Part shown: positions 39,493 through 50,300 of the stretch, piece after piece | Layout of the letters: every line of letters starts with the position of its first letter | Position numbering within the stretch: position 1 is the stretch's first letter | NCBI GenBank assembly: GCA_965221775.1 | Contig: CBDCSU010000006.1 | Location: 128,001 to 192,000 of the forward strand | Direction of reading: 5' to 3' | DNA: 64,000 nt | Source of the DNA: Candidatus Latescibacterota bacterium | GTDB taxonomy: Bacteria; Latescibacterota; UBA2968; UBA8231 | The notes under the pieces: generated by a model | The model's database searches: none | Told to the model about the DNA's origin: nothing | Seen by the model: the letters and a program-made list of their open reading frames with translations, nothing else | Position numbers and translations under genes: made by a program

Positions 39493-42400
39493 TCACCGCA
39501 GCAGGGTCAGCTTGCGCGTCTGCACGGCCTCGGGCGTCACAAGCCGGTACACGTAGATTCCGCTGGCCAGCGGTCGACCCTGGTCGTCGCGACCGTCCCA
39601 GCGCAGGCTGTGGAGGCCCGCCTTCACCGGACCCTCCTGCAGCACGGCGACCTGCTGACCCGTCAGGGCGAACATCTCAAGACGCGCCGGTCCGGACTGC
39701 AGCTGGAACCAGGAGATTACGGTCCCGCTGTTGAAGGGATTTGGCGCGTTCTGTGCCAACTGTGGACCCTCCGGCAGGCCGATCAGCTCCCGGGCCATCG
39801 CCACCAGCTTGGCCCGCGCCGGTTGCCCGAAGTGTTCGGCGAAGAGGAAGAAGTCCGCGAAGTCCACCGTGCCGCTGGCGTCCAGGTCGAACCGGGGGTC
39901 GCTGCTCCCGAAGGCCTCGCTGAAGAGGAAGAAGTCGGAGAAACCGATCTCCCCGTCGCCGTCGAAGTCGGCGGTTGCCCTGGCCGTCGCGGTGAAGGTC
40001 ACGGATTCGTCGAGGCCAGAGACAGTTGCCTCGACTGTGTGAGTCCCCGGCTGGCTTCCGAGTGTCAGCCAACTGGCGACGACGCCGTTCGCATCGGTCG
40101 TGCTGGTGGCAGGAGACATCGTCCCACTGCCGGCGGTGACGACGAAGGTGACGGCCGCCCCTGGTAGTCCCTCCCCATTCTGATCTTTCACTTGAACCAT
40201 GAAGGGATACTCCAACGTGGCGTTGGGCAACCCGTGCTGGTCAAGGCCGGTGAGTATTTCCAGAGTCCGGGCGTACGGTTTCAAGAACTGCACATCCCAT
40301 AGCACGACCGTGCCGTCATCCGACCCGGAAGCGAGCGTTGTCCCATCTGGGGAGAAGGCAACCGTCTGGACCCAACCCACATGCCCTCCCGCCAGAGTGG
40401 CGAGCCATGACTTCCTCTCCACATCCCACAGAATGACTGTTTGATCGTCAGATCCGGAAGCGAGGACGGTGCCATCCGGGGAAAACCGGACCGAGCGGAC
40501 TACGTCATTGTGTCGCCCCCCCAAGGTGGCGGAATGGGTGCCCGCTGCAAGGTCCCACAGCCTGACCGACCCTTGCCAGGAGTACGCCGAGGCCAGAGTT
40601 GCACCATCAGGTGAGAAGGCCACGGAGTAGACTCCATTCCCATGCCCCTCCAGGTTGGCGGTATTGGTGCCCGTGGCTGCATCCCATTGCTTCACAGTGC
40701 CCTCATCCACCGTCGCTGTAGCGATGGCTGCCCCATCTGGTGAAAAGGCCACGGAGCCGGCCCAATGGCCATGGCCCTCCAGGGTGGCGACATTCGTGCC
40801 CGTGGCTACTTCCAGCAGGTCTATGGTACCATCGTGCCTCTCCATTGCGAAGGTTCCCCCGTCGGGCGACACTGCCATGACCGCACTTTCGCCGGACAGG
40901 GTAGAGGAGTTTTCGCGTGTTGCCACGTCCCACATCTTCACCGTGCCCCATGTCCCGGAAACCAGTGTCGTCCCACCGGGCAGAAACCGCAGGAAGTAGA
41001 TGCTGGTCCTGTGCGCGTTCAGGATGGCGGCATGCCTTCCTGTCGCCGGCTCCCACAGGTTGATCGCGTCGCGATAGCCGCCCAAGCTTCCTCCGCCCCC
41101 GGAAGCCAGTTTGGTCCCGTCGGGGGAAAAGGCCACGGTAGCGACGTTGTCCGTGTGCCCGGAGATAGTGGCGGCGCTCTCCGTCGCCAGGTCCCACACC
41201 TTGACCGTATTGTCCCACCTCGACACCGAAGCCAGAGTGGTGCCGTCCTGCGAGAACGCCAGGGAGGAAATCGGACCTGTATGTGCCTCCAGAACAGCGG
41301 TCTCATTGCCCGTCGCCAGATCCCACACCTTGATGATGTCAGCCCAGCCACCGGTAGCGAGCAGCCCCCCGACGGGAGAAGAGGCCAGGACGTCCCCCGC
41401 CGGATCGAGGGTGGCGGTTTCGGTGCCTGTCGCAACGTCCCACAGCTTCACCGTGTTCCCCCCTGAATGGGAAGCCAGGGTTGCGCCATCGGATGAGAAC
41501 GCTACGGACTTGATCCCACCCCCAAGATCCACCAGAGTGGCGGTTCGGGTACCCGTCTCCACGTCCCAGAGTCCGAGCGCGCCGTTGCCTGTACCGGAGG
41601 CGAGCATCGTTCCATCGGGCGAGAACGCCACCGCCTGGATTCCATCCGAGCCCCCTTCCTCTTCCAGGCTGGTCTTGAGCTGACCGGTAGCCACGTCCCA
41701 CAGCCTGACCGTCCCATTCCACAGCCCGCAAGCAAGGATCTTCCCATCGGGCGAGAATACCGCTTCAGAAGCAGTATGTCCCCCGAAGGCAGCGATGACC
41801 TCTCCTGTCGCGATGTTCCACAGCTTGGTCTCTGGTCTCCGATCGTCCGGAGTGGAAGCGAGCAGGCTCCCATCGGGGGAAAAGGTCACCGATCCGAACC
41901 TGTTCTCAGCAGTGGGGAACAAGGCGAGGGGACGGAACGTCGCCACTTCGTACAGCCAGATACCGATGGTGCTCACCAAGGCCAGGCTCTGACCGTCTGG
42001 AGAAAAGACGGCCGCCCTTTCACCTACACTGACGCGTCCCTTTCCCAGGCGCATGATGGCATTCTCGGGCAGGTGCCAGGTCCGGTAATCGCCCTCCCTG
42101 GGGGCGATGGTTCCGACACCCAGTGCATCGAAGGTCACCGGCCCGAGCCCGGAGAGGGAGACTTCAACGGTGTTGATGCCTGGCGTGGGACCGAGCGTGA
42201 GGGTCATCTCGGCCCGGCCATGGACATCGGTGGTTGAGGTCCCCCCATCAGAGCGACCGCCCAGTCTGCCTTCACCTGCGGTGACGACAAAGGTGACCAC
42301 AGCACCCGGCAATGGGAGACCGTACTGATCCCTTACCTCTACCACGTACGGATCTGCCAGGGCTGTACCGGGCGCGGCCTGCTGGTCATCGCCCGATATC

Positions 42401-44430
42401 TTCTCCAGACCGAACGGCCGGGCACTCGTCCATTCGGATGTATCCCACAACTGGATGCTGTGATTCGCCGATCCGGTAGCCAGCGTTGTCCCGTCAGGCG
42501 AGAAAGCGGCGGAGTAGATCGCGTATCCGTCCTCTCGCAGGCTTGGGCGGCTATACGTGCCCGTCACCACGTCCCACAGCCTCACCGTGCCATCCCATGA
42601 CGCGGAAGCCAAGATCGCCCCGCCGGGGGAAAAGGCAACCGCAGCGGCCCTGTGCCTCCTTAGAGTAGCGGTGTCAGAGCCCGAGGCCGGGTCCCAGAAC
42701 CTGATCGTTCCGTCACCGGACCCGGAAGCCAGAATGGCCCCTCTTGGCGAAAAGGCCACTGAAGAGACTCTGTCCGTATGCCCTTCAAGAGTGGCGGTAT
42801 TCGTCTCCGTGGCCACGTCCCACAGTTTCACGGTGCCGTCCCATGATCCCGAAACCAGCTCGGCTCCGTCGGGCGAAAAGGCCACCGACGAGACTCTGTC
42901 CGCATGCCCTTCAAGAGTGGCGGTATTCGTCTCCGCCGCCGCGTCCCACAGTTTCACGGTGCCGTCCCATGATCCCGAAACCAGCTCGGCTCCGTCGGGC
43001 GAAAAGGCCACTGAAGAGACTCTGTCCGCATGCCCTTCAAGAGTGGCGGTATTCGTCTCCGCCGCCGCGTCCCACAGTTTCACGGTGCCGTCCCATGATC
43101 CCGAAACCAGCTCGGCTCCGTCGGGCGAAAAGGCCACCGACGAGACTCCGTCCGCATGCCCTTCAAGAGTGGCGGTATTCGTCTCCGTGGCCACGTCCCA
43201 CAGTCTTATCGTGCCGTCCCCCGACCCGGAAGCGAGCAGGGCTCCGCTTGGGGCAAAGGCCACCGAGTAGACCTCCCCCCCATGTGCTTCGAGGGAACCG
43301 ACATACTGGGAAGAAACCACCATGAGGGTGAAACGGGTTGTGCTCACGTCACCATGGATATCGACGACCCGCACCTGCAAGGGATGCTCAAAATAGAAAC
43401 GGAGATTGTGGCTGAAATCGAATTCGACGACGGCTTCCGTCTCACCGTCCAATACACGACAGTCCCGCACTTCATGCAATCCAGAGGCGGGGCCTTGCAG
43501 CAATCCCCTTGTCGTATTGAAGAGCAGCGCCTGATGGAGTCCATCCGAATCGCTGATCTTCAGGCGGATGGAAGCGCTCTTCGATGATCCCAGCTGGAAG
43601 ATCAAGGACGAAAGAAGCTCGATCGTCGGCGGCGATCCCGATTCAACGGGAATATCGGGGTCGAAGTAGGGACTGACAGCCAGGAACTCCGCATGGCAGG
43701 AAGACAATCGATCCCGTGAGAACCCATACGACAGGATGTACGCGTTGTTCCTGAAATCGTGCCAAGTCAGTCCGAAGGCGTGTGCCAGCTCATGGGCGGC
43801 CGTCTTGAGATCGAATTCCTCCGGGACGATGACCAGCCCCCCGTTCTTTCCGTAGGAGTCAGCCACGCCTGCCACGCCTGCCGTCGTCTGACCTTGAACG
43901 GTGTTATTGATGCTACTGTGGCCATTGTCGATGACGACGAAGTAGATGTTTTTCCTGATATCAAACGTCCCATCGATCTCGGCAAATACGGTACTGGCCG
44001 TATCCTCGAAATAGTAGCTCTCGGCGTGTTGACCATCTAGGCGGTGAACCAGCGGCTCATCTTCGGAATCGGTTTCAATACGGAAGGTCTTGGGTCCGTG
44101 CCCGTGCGCCTCCATCTGCTCGCCGTACCAGGTCTGGATGTGGAGAATCTCCTCCTTCATCTTCTGAACCATCTCTTCGCGATACGGTCGGTCATTCGGC
44201 AGAAAGTAGATCATCCGCACCGTGCGAGGCTCGCCTACCTGCAGGTCTGCCAGCCGCTTGGCCGCAGGGCGGGGCCGATCGAAATCCCACTGCTCGACAT
44301 CGAGAAGCAGGCAGGAATGCGCACTATCGGCCAGCGAGGGCGAAGCATGGACGACCGCCAGCGGGGAGGGGAGGAAGCCCATCAGAGCGAAGAAGGCGGA
44401 ATGAAGAATGGGGAGTCTCATCAGAGTCAC
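39493..44430 (-). CDS. Secreted multidomain protein: zinc metallopeptidase + WD40 propellers + Ig-like domains + EF-hand/dockerin-like + T9SS/FlgD-type C-terminal domain
   Basis: Signal peptide; HELAHAFGLTWH; many VAFSPDG..LASGS.DGTV.LWD repeats; GDDQQ...PYVVEVRD; DFDGDGEIGFSDF; QNAPNPFN...WDGRDDQGRPLASGIYVYRL...RKLTLLR. Confidence 0.88.
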   Translation of the reverse strand: MTLMRLPILHSAFFALMGFLPSPLAVVHASPSLADSAHSCLLLDVEQWDFDRPRPAAKRLADLQVGEPRTVRMIYFLPNDRPYREEMVQKMKEEILHIQTWYGEQMEAHGHGPKTFRIETDSEDEPLVHRLDGQHAESYYFEDTASTVFAEIDGTFDIRKNIYFVVIDNGHSSINNTVQGQTTAGVAGVADSYGKNGGLVIVPEEFDLKTAAHELAHAFGLTWHDFRNNAYILSYGFSRDRLSSCHAEFLAVSPYFDPDIPVESGSPPTIELLSSLIFQLGSSKSASIRLKISDSDGLHQALLFNTTRGLLQGPASGLHEVRDCRVLDGETEAVVEFDFSHNLRFYFEHPLQVRVVDIHGDVSTTRFTLMVVSSQYVGSLEAHGGEVYSVAFAPSGALLASGSGDGTIRLWDVATETNTATLEGHADGVSSVAFSPDGAELVSGSWDGTVKLWDAAAETNTATLEGHADRVSSVAFSPDGAELVSGSWDGTVKLWDAAAETNTATLEGHADRVSSVAFSPDGAELVSGSWDGTVKLWDVATETNTATLEGHTDRVSSVAFSPRGAILASGSGDGTIRFWDPASGSDTATLRRHRAAAVAFSPGGAILASASWDGTVRLWDVVTGTYSRPSLREDGYAIYSAAFSPDGTTLATGSANHSIQLWDTSEWTSARPFGLEKISGDDQQAAPGTALADPYVVEVRDQYGLPLPGAVVTFVVTAGEGRLGGRSDGGTSTTDVHGRAEMTLTLGPTPGINTVEVSLSGLGPVTFDALGVGTIAPREGDYRTWHLPENAIMRLGKGRVSVGERAAVFSPDGQSLALVSTIGIWLYEVATFRPLALFPTAENRFGSVTFSPDGSLLASTPDDRRPETKLWNIATGEVIAAFGGHTASEAVFSPDGKILACGLWNGTVRLWDVATGQLKTSLEEEGGSDGIQAVAFSPDGTMLASGTGNGALGLWDVETGTRTATLVDLGGGIKSVAFSSDGATLASHSGGNTVKLWDVATGTETATLDPAGDVLASSPVGGLLATGGWADIIKVWDLATGNETAVLEAHTGPISSLAFSQDGTTLASVSRWDNTVKVWDLATESAATISGHTDNVATVAFSPDGTKLASGGGGSLGGYRDAINLWEPATGRHAAILNAHRTSIYFLRFLPGGTTLVSGTWGTVKMWDVATRENSSTLSGESAVMAVSPDGGTFAMERHDGTIDLLEVATGTNVATLEGHGHWAGSVAFSPDGAAIATATVDEGTVKQWDAATGTNTANLEGHGNGVYSVAFSPDGATLASAYSWQGSVRLWDLAAGTHSATLGGRHNDVVRSVRFSPDGTVLASGSDDQTVILWDVERKSWLATLAGGHVGWVQTVAFSPDGTTLASGSDDGTVVLWDVQFLKPYARTLEILTGLDQHGLPNATLEYPFMVQVKDQNGEGLPGAAVTFVVTAGSGTMSPATSTTDANGVVASWLTLGSQPGTHTVEATVSGLDESVTFTATARATADFDGDGEIGFSDFFLFSEAFGSSDPRFDLDASGTVDFADFFLFAEHFGQPARAKLVAMARELIGLPEGPQLAQNAPNPFNSGTVISWFQLQSGPARLEMFALTGQQVAVLQEGPVKAGLHSLRWDGRDDQGRPLASGIYVYRLVTPEAVQTRKLTLLR
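42749..43252 (-). repeat. Four near-identical 126-bp WD40-encoding tandem repeats
   Basis: Units start at 42749, 42875, 43001 and 43127. Confidence 0.93.
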
Positions 44431-44544
44431 CCTTTACGGATCGTGCGCTCGGACCGTCTGGGGGCGGAAGGGTAAGGCAGATGCACGCCCGCCTCAACGC
44501 ACGCGGTACCTGTCACATGCTCCTCTGGCCGTCGACCGAGGCCT

Positions 44545-44730
44545 CAGGGCACCGACTCTCCCATGTCGCCCGATTCCGGGCCACGCCCACCAGCCACCTC
44601 CCGTCCCCACCAGATCGCGTACCCCCGCCGGCAGCACCAGCAACGCCAGCAGGGTGGCCGTCGCCAGCCTTCCCACCATGGGCGGCTTCCCCTCCTCCCA
44701 TCAGGACGTTCGCTTCGATCCGGGTCATGG
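44545..44730 (-). pseudogene. Chimeric remnant: 5' pieces of the 631-aa gene plus the 3' end of a second cusA allele
   Basis: 44704-44730 is identical to 37419-37445; 44688-44705 matches 37208-37225; about 44625-44683 matches cusA about 47446-47504. Confidence 0.85.
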
Positions 44731-44731
44731 C

Positions 44732-47002
44732 TCAGAGCCTGATCCGCTTCAGTCTCAATGAGTTCACAATCACGCTGACGGAGCTTACGGCCATCGCTCC
44801 CGCCGCCAGTATGGGGTTGAGAAATCCGAACTCCCCGAGTACCGGGCGAAGCGCCTCCGGTACTCCCTGGGCCGCGAAAACGGGATACAGGACCCCTGCC
44901 GCAACGGGAATCAGCGCGACGTTGTAGGCAAACGCCCAGAACAGGTTCTGCCGGATGGTTCTCATCGTCGCCCTGCTGACGGAGATCGCACGGGCCACGC
45001 CCATGACGTCCCCATGGATGAGGGTTATGTCCGCCGCCTCCATGGCGATGTCGGTTCCCGTGGCTACCGCGATGCCCACGTCCGCCCGCGCCAGGGCCGG
45101 CGCATCGTTCATGCCGTCTCCGACCATGGCCACCACCGTCCCGTCCTCTTGCAGGGCCGCAATGTGGTCGGCCTTGTCCGCCGGCAGCACCTCGGCGATG
45201 ACCTTCTCCATGCCGAGGGAGCGGGCCACCGCCTCGGCCGTCCGTCGACTGTCTCCGGTCAGCATGAGCACGTCAACCCCCTGGCCCCTCAGCGAGGCCA
45301 GGGCGTCCTCGATCCCCTCCTTGACCGTATCGGAGACGGCGACCACGCCCATGACCTCGCCGTCGACGGCCACGTAGGAGACCGTCTTCGCCGAGCGTGC
45401 CAGCTCCTGGCCGGTCTCCACGAGGCTGTTCATGGGGACCCCGGCCTCCTCGTGGAGTCGGAGGCTTCCCACCGCGATGTGGCGGTCGTCCACTTCACCC
45501 ACGATGCCCATTCCCGGCACCGCCCTGGATGTGCGCACCGGGGCTTCCACGGGAAGACCCCGCTCCTGCGCCGCGGCGGCGATCGCCCTCCCCACGGGAT
45601 GCTCGGAGGCGCGTTCGAGTCGGCCCGCCAGGGTCAGGAGCTCGTTCTCGGTGAGTCCACCCGCGACGATGTCGGTCACCTTCGGAACGCCCGTGGTCAG
45701 CGTGCCCGTCTTGTCCAGCACCACGACCTCGGTCTCATGGGCCCGCTCCAGGGTCTCGGCGCTGCGAATCAGCACCCCCGACTCCGCGGCCCGGCCCGTG
45801 CCCACCATGATCGCCGTCGGCGTGGCCAGTCCCATGGCGCAGGGGCAGGCGATGATCAGCACGGCGACGGCCGCTGCCATGGCGTAGACATGGGACGGAG
45901 CAGGCCCGACGGAAAGCCAGAGGAGGAAGACGACCGCTGCCACGGCGATGACGGCGGGGACGAACCAACTCGATACAACGTCCGCCAGTCTCTGTACGGG
46001 CGCCCGCGATCCCTGTGCTTCTTCCACCAGCCGGACGATCCGCGCCAGCAGGGTGTCCGCGCCGACTCCCACCGCTTCGAGGGTCAGGCTCCCCGTCGTG
46101 TTGATCGTCGCTCCGTAGACCTCGTCGTTCTCCCCCTTGCGCACCGGCATGCTCTCGCCCGTCAGCAAGGACTCGTCGACCCAGGAAGCGCCGGCCGCCA
46201 CCCTGCCATCCACCGGAATGCGCTCTCCGGGGAGAACCCGGACCTGCTCGCCGACCCCGACATCTTCGATCGGAACCTCCACTTCACTGCCGCCGCGTAT
46301 GACCCTGGCCCGCTCGGGGCGCAGGCGCAGGAGGGCCTTGATCGCTTCGGACGCCCGGCCCTTGGCCCGGGCTTCCAGGTATCGGCCGAGAAGCACAAGG
46401 CCGATGATCGCGGTCGAGGTCTCGAAGAAGGTCGCGGCTTCGTAGTGGGCGAAAGCCGAAGCATGGGGAAAGAGGGTGACAGCGGCGCTGTACGCGTAGG
46501 CCACGGTCGTACCGACCGTGATGAGCGTGTTCATGTTGCTCGTGCCTCGCCGCAGGGCCTTCCACGCCCCGACGTAGAACCCTCTCCCGGCCCAGAACTG
46601 CACGGGGGTGGCGAGGATGAGCAGCAGGATGTCCAGGCGGACGGGCAGAGCTGCGAGCAGGGACGGCACCTTGGGCAGCAACATGACGACCGCCGCAGCC
46701 CCGAGGCTGAAAGCCATCTCTCCGCGAATCCCGGCGGTCTGTCCCCGGTTCACCGAAGCGTCCTCACCTGTACCCACCTCCAGCACCGAGTACCCCTCGT
46801 CCTCGACGGCGGATCGGAGGTCCTCGATGCCGGCCAGCTCCGCCCTGTAGCGAACGGTGGCCCGCTCGGTCGCCAGGTTCACGGCCGCGGATTCCACTCC
46901 CTCGACGCCGCGCAGCGCTGCCTCGACATGGCCGACGCACGCGGCGCAGCTCATGCCGCCGACGTTCAGGGTGATGGTCGTGGGGTCGCCGGTCGGAGTC
47001 AT
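44732..47002 (-). CDS. copA: Copper-translocating P1B-type ATPase
   Basis: [36 protein letters not shown] and MAVSS. Confidence 0.93.
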   Translation of the reverse strand: MTPTGDPTTITLNVGGMSCAACVGHVEAALRGVEGVESAAVNLATERATVRYRAELAGIEDLRSAVEDEGYSVLEVGTGEDASVNRGQTAGIRGEMAFSLGAAAVVMLLPKVPSLLAALPVRLDILLLILATPVQFWAGRGFYVGAWKALRRGTSNMNTLITVGTTVAYAYSAAVTLFPHASAFAHYEAATFFETSTAIIGLVLLGRYLEARAKGRASEAIKALLRLRPERARVIRGGSEVEVPIEDVGVGEQVRVLPGERIPVDGRVAAGASWVDESLLTGESMPVRKGENDEVYGATINTTGSLTLEAVGVGADTLLARIVRLVEEAQGSRAPVQRLADVVSSWFVPAVIAVAAVVFLLWLSVGPAPSHVYAMAAAVAVLIIACPCAMGLATPTAIMVGTGRAAESGVLIRSAETLERAHETEVVVLDKTGTLTTGVPKVTDIVAGGLTENELLTLAGRLERASEHPVGRAIAAAAQERGLPVEAPVRTSRAVPGMGIVGEVDDRHIAVGSLRLHEEAGVPMNSLVETGQELARSAKTVSYVAVDGEVMGVVAVSDTVKEGIEDALASLRGQGVDVLMLTGDSRRTAEAVARSLGMEKVIAEVLPADKADHIAALQEDGTVVAMVGDGMNDAPALARADVGIAVATGTDIAMEAADITLIHGDVMGVARAISVSRATMRTIRQNLFWAFAYNVALIPVAAGVLYPVFAAQGVPEALRPVLGEFGFLNPILAAGAMAVSSVSVIVNSLRLKRIRL

Positions 47003-47019
47003 CGGCAGTCAGACCTCTC

Positions 47020-47361
47020 TCATTGGAAGTACTTCGCCATGATCAGCTCCTTGATCTCCTCGATGTCCTTTCCCTCGTGGTGCCACTTGAAGGCGTCACG
47101 GCCCTCTTCGTTGCACTGCCGTCAGGTGGGGGGACAGCCTCCCTCGTAGCACCAGGAAAGGCTCTGGTTGCAGCAGGCGCACGGCACCTGGCTCACGACC
47201 TCCGGGATCTCCCTCAGCAAGGTCTGGTAGAGGGCGAGTCCGTCCGGAGGCAGGGGAGGCGGCTGGCCTTGCCCCTGCAGGAGGTAGCTGCCGACGGCCA
47301 GCACAGCAACGACCGCCGCCGTGACGATGGCGGCTTTCCCTTTGGTCATCACGCGTTTCAT
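47020..47361 (-). CDS. Probable selenoprotein, PCYCGC-like membrane-anchored Cys-rich protein (113 aa, Sec80)
   Basis: ATGA-coupled to cusA; VPCACC...WC...GCPPT-UGA-RQCNEEGRDAFKWHHEGKDIEEIKELIMAKYFQ*. The read-through fills the gap exactly to the copA RBS. Confidence 0.75.
47080..47121 (-). promoter_or_regulatory. Candidate bacterial SECIS hairpin
   Basis: Upper stem GAGGGC/GCCUUC with loop CGUGAC, 21 nt after the UGA; lower stem GUGC/GCAC. Confidence 0.55.
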
Positions 47362-50300
47362 GGGGCTGTCTCCTTCTCGGGGCTGTGTGTATCCGTTGTC
47401 GGTTCCGTGCCACTGTCCATCTGCCGCCCGCGCCACAACGCGTAGACCGCCGGCAGCACCAGCAGCGCCAGAAGGGTGGCCGTCGCCAGCCCTCCCACCA
47501 TGGGCGCCGCGATCCGCTTCATCACCTGCGACCCGGTGCCGGTGGCCCACATGATCGGCAGCAACCCGCCCACCGTCGAACCCACGGTCATGAAGATCGG
47601 CCGCACGCGCCGGGAGGCGCCTTCGACGATGGCGGCAACAAGATCCGCCCGGTCCCGGAGCCGGCCCTCCTCGCGGCGGCTTTCGAGCGCCTGGTCGAGA
47701 TATGTCAGCATCACCACCCCCAACTCGGCGCTGACACCCGCGAGGGCGATGAACCCGACGCCCACGGCGACGCTCATGTTGTAGTCCAGGATGTAGATGA
47801 GCCAGATCCCGCCGACCAGCGCGAAGGGCAGCGTGAGCATCACCATCAGACTTTCGGCGACGCTGCGGAAGTGGAGGAAGAGGAGCAGGAAGATGATGGC
47901 CAGGGTCACCGGGACGACGAGGCTCAGCCGCTCCTTGGCCCTCTCCATGTATTCGTACTGGCCGCTCCAGATCAGGCTGTATCCCTGGGGCAGGTCGATC
48001 TCCTCCGCCACGATCTGGCGGGCGCCCTCGACGTAGGTGCCCACGTCGACGTCGCGGATGTCGACGTAGACCCAGGCGTTGAGGCGGGCGTTCTCGCTCT
48101 TGATGCCGGGCGGCCCCTTGCGGATGCGCAGGTCGGCGACCTGCCCGATGGGGATCTGCGCCCCGGTGGGCGTGGCCACCAGGACCCGCCGCAGGGCGGG
48201 CAGGTTGTCGCGCAGCTCGCGCCCGTAGCGCAGGTTCACCGGGTAGCGCTCGCGGCCCTCCACGGTGTGGGTGATGTTCATTCCGCCCATGGCCGACAGG
48301 ATCACCTCCTGCACGTCCCCCACGGTCAGGCCGTAGCGCCCCGCCTCCTCGCGGTCGATCTCGAAGTCGACGTAGTTGCCGCCGGCGACCCGCTCGGCGT
48401 AGACGCTGGCCGTGCCCGGGATCTCGCGCACCACCTGCTCGATCCGCCGGCCCACCTCCTCGAGGGTTTTCAGATCGTCGCCGGCCACCTTGATCCCCAC
48501 GGGGGTCTTGATGCCGGTGGAGAGCATGTCGATGCGCGTCTTGATCGGCATCGTCCAGGAGTTGGTCAGCCCCGGGAAGCGTACGGCGCGGTCCAGCTCC
48601 TCCACCAGCCTCTCCGGGGTGATGCCCGGCCGCCATTCGTCCTGGGGCCGCAGGGTGATGGTGGTCTCGATCATCGACAGCGGCGCCGGGTCGGTGGCGG
48701 TCTCGGCGCGGCCGATCTTGCCGAAGACGTTCTCCACCTCCGGGAAGGTGCGGATGATGCGGTCGGTCTGCTGCAGCAGCTCCCGCGCCTTGGTCACGGA
48801 CACCCCCGGCAGGGTGGTCGGCATGTAGAGCAGGTCCCCCTCGTACAGGGGCGGCATGAACTCCGAGCCGATCTGCTCCAGGGGAAAGAGTTGCTGCAGG
48901 CGTGACAGCGCAGTGTGCGCCAGGCTCCCGGGCCGGTCGGCGAAGCGCTCCACCACCACGCTGCGGAAGGGGAAGACGGAGACGAACATCACCGCGGCGG
49001 CGGCGGCCAGGGTCGCCGCCTTGTGGCGCAGCAGCCAGTCGAGGACCGGCACGTATCCTCGCGTCAGGCCGCGGTTGAGCGGATTACGGTCGGCGTCCAC
49101 CACCCGGCCCCGCAGGCAGAAGCCGATGAGCACCGGCACCACCGTGATCGACAGGATGGCGGCGGCGGCCATGGCGTAGGTCTTGGTGTAGGCCAGGGGC
49201 TTGAAGAGCCGCCCTTCCTGCGCCTCCAGGGTGAAGACGGGCAGGAAGGAGAGGGTGACGATCAGCAGCGAGTAGAACAGCGCCGGCCCCACCTCCTTGG
49301 AGGCGGCGGCGATGCTGGCCCAGTGGTCCTTGCGCCCCCGGTCCCGCGCCAGGTGGCGGTGGGCGTTCTCGATCTGCACGATGCCGGCGTCGACCATGGC
49401 GCCCACGGCGATGGCGATCCCCCCGAGGGACATGATGTTGGCGTTGATCCCCTGGCCCCACATGACGATGAAGGAGACGAGGATGCCCAGGGGCAGGGTG
49501 AAGACGGCGGCGAAGGCGCTGCGGAAGTGGAGCAGGAAGAGGCCGCAGACGGCGGCCACCACGAGGCACTCCTCCACCAGCTTCTCGCGCAGGTGGCCCA
49601 CGGCGCGGCGGATGAGGCCGGAGCGGTCGTAGGCGGTCTCCACCACCACCCCTTCCGGCAGCCCGTCCTGCAACTCGGCGAGCCTCGCCTTGACGGCGTC
49701 GATCACGGCGAGGGCGTTCTCGCCGTAGCGCATGACCACGATGCCGCCGGCCACCTCGCCCTCGCCGTTCCACTCCGCCAGGCCGCGGCGCAGCTCCGGC
49801 CCCACCTGCACGGTGGCGATGTCCCGCACCCGCACCGGGGTCCCGGAGCGGCCGGCGCTCACGGGCACGCTGCGGATGTCCTCGAGGGACTGGATGTAGC
49901 CGAGGCCGCGCACCATGAACTCGGTCTCGGCCAGCTCGATGAGACGGCCGCCGACGTCGTTGTTGCTGCGCTGGATGGCGCGTTTCACCTGCTGCAGCGA
50001 GATCCCGTAGGCCAGCAGCTTGTTGGGATCGACGGTCACCTGGTACTGCTTGACGAAGCCGCCGACGCTGGCCACCTCGGCGACGCCGGGCACGCTGGTC
50101 AGCTCGTAGCGCAGGTACCAGTCCTGGATCGAGCGCAGCTCGGCGAGGTCGCGGCGGCCGCTGGTGTCGACGAGGGCGTACTCGTAGACCCAGCCGACGC
50201 CGGTGGCGTCGGGACCGAGCCGCGGCTGCACCCCCTCGGGCAGGCGGTCGCCGGCGAAGCTCAGGTACTCGAGGACGCGGCTGCGCGCCCAGTACATGTC

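Noticed and set aside
42749-43252. Regular repeats resembling a CRISPR array or DGR template/variable repeats
   Set aside because: The units are contiguous in-frame WD40 repeats without spacers; no cas or reverse transcriptase gene is in the window, and no adenine-specific variation is evident
37419-44730. 27-bp direct repeat as attL/attR of an integrative element
   Set aside because: No integrase or tRNA is present, and additional gene remnants at both junctions fit allele replacement better
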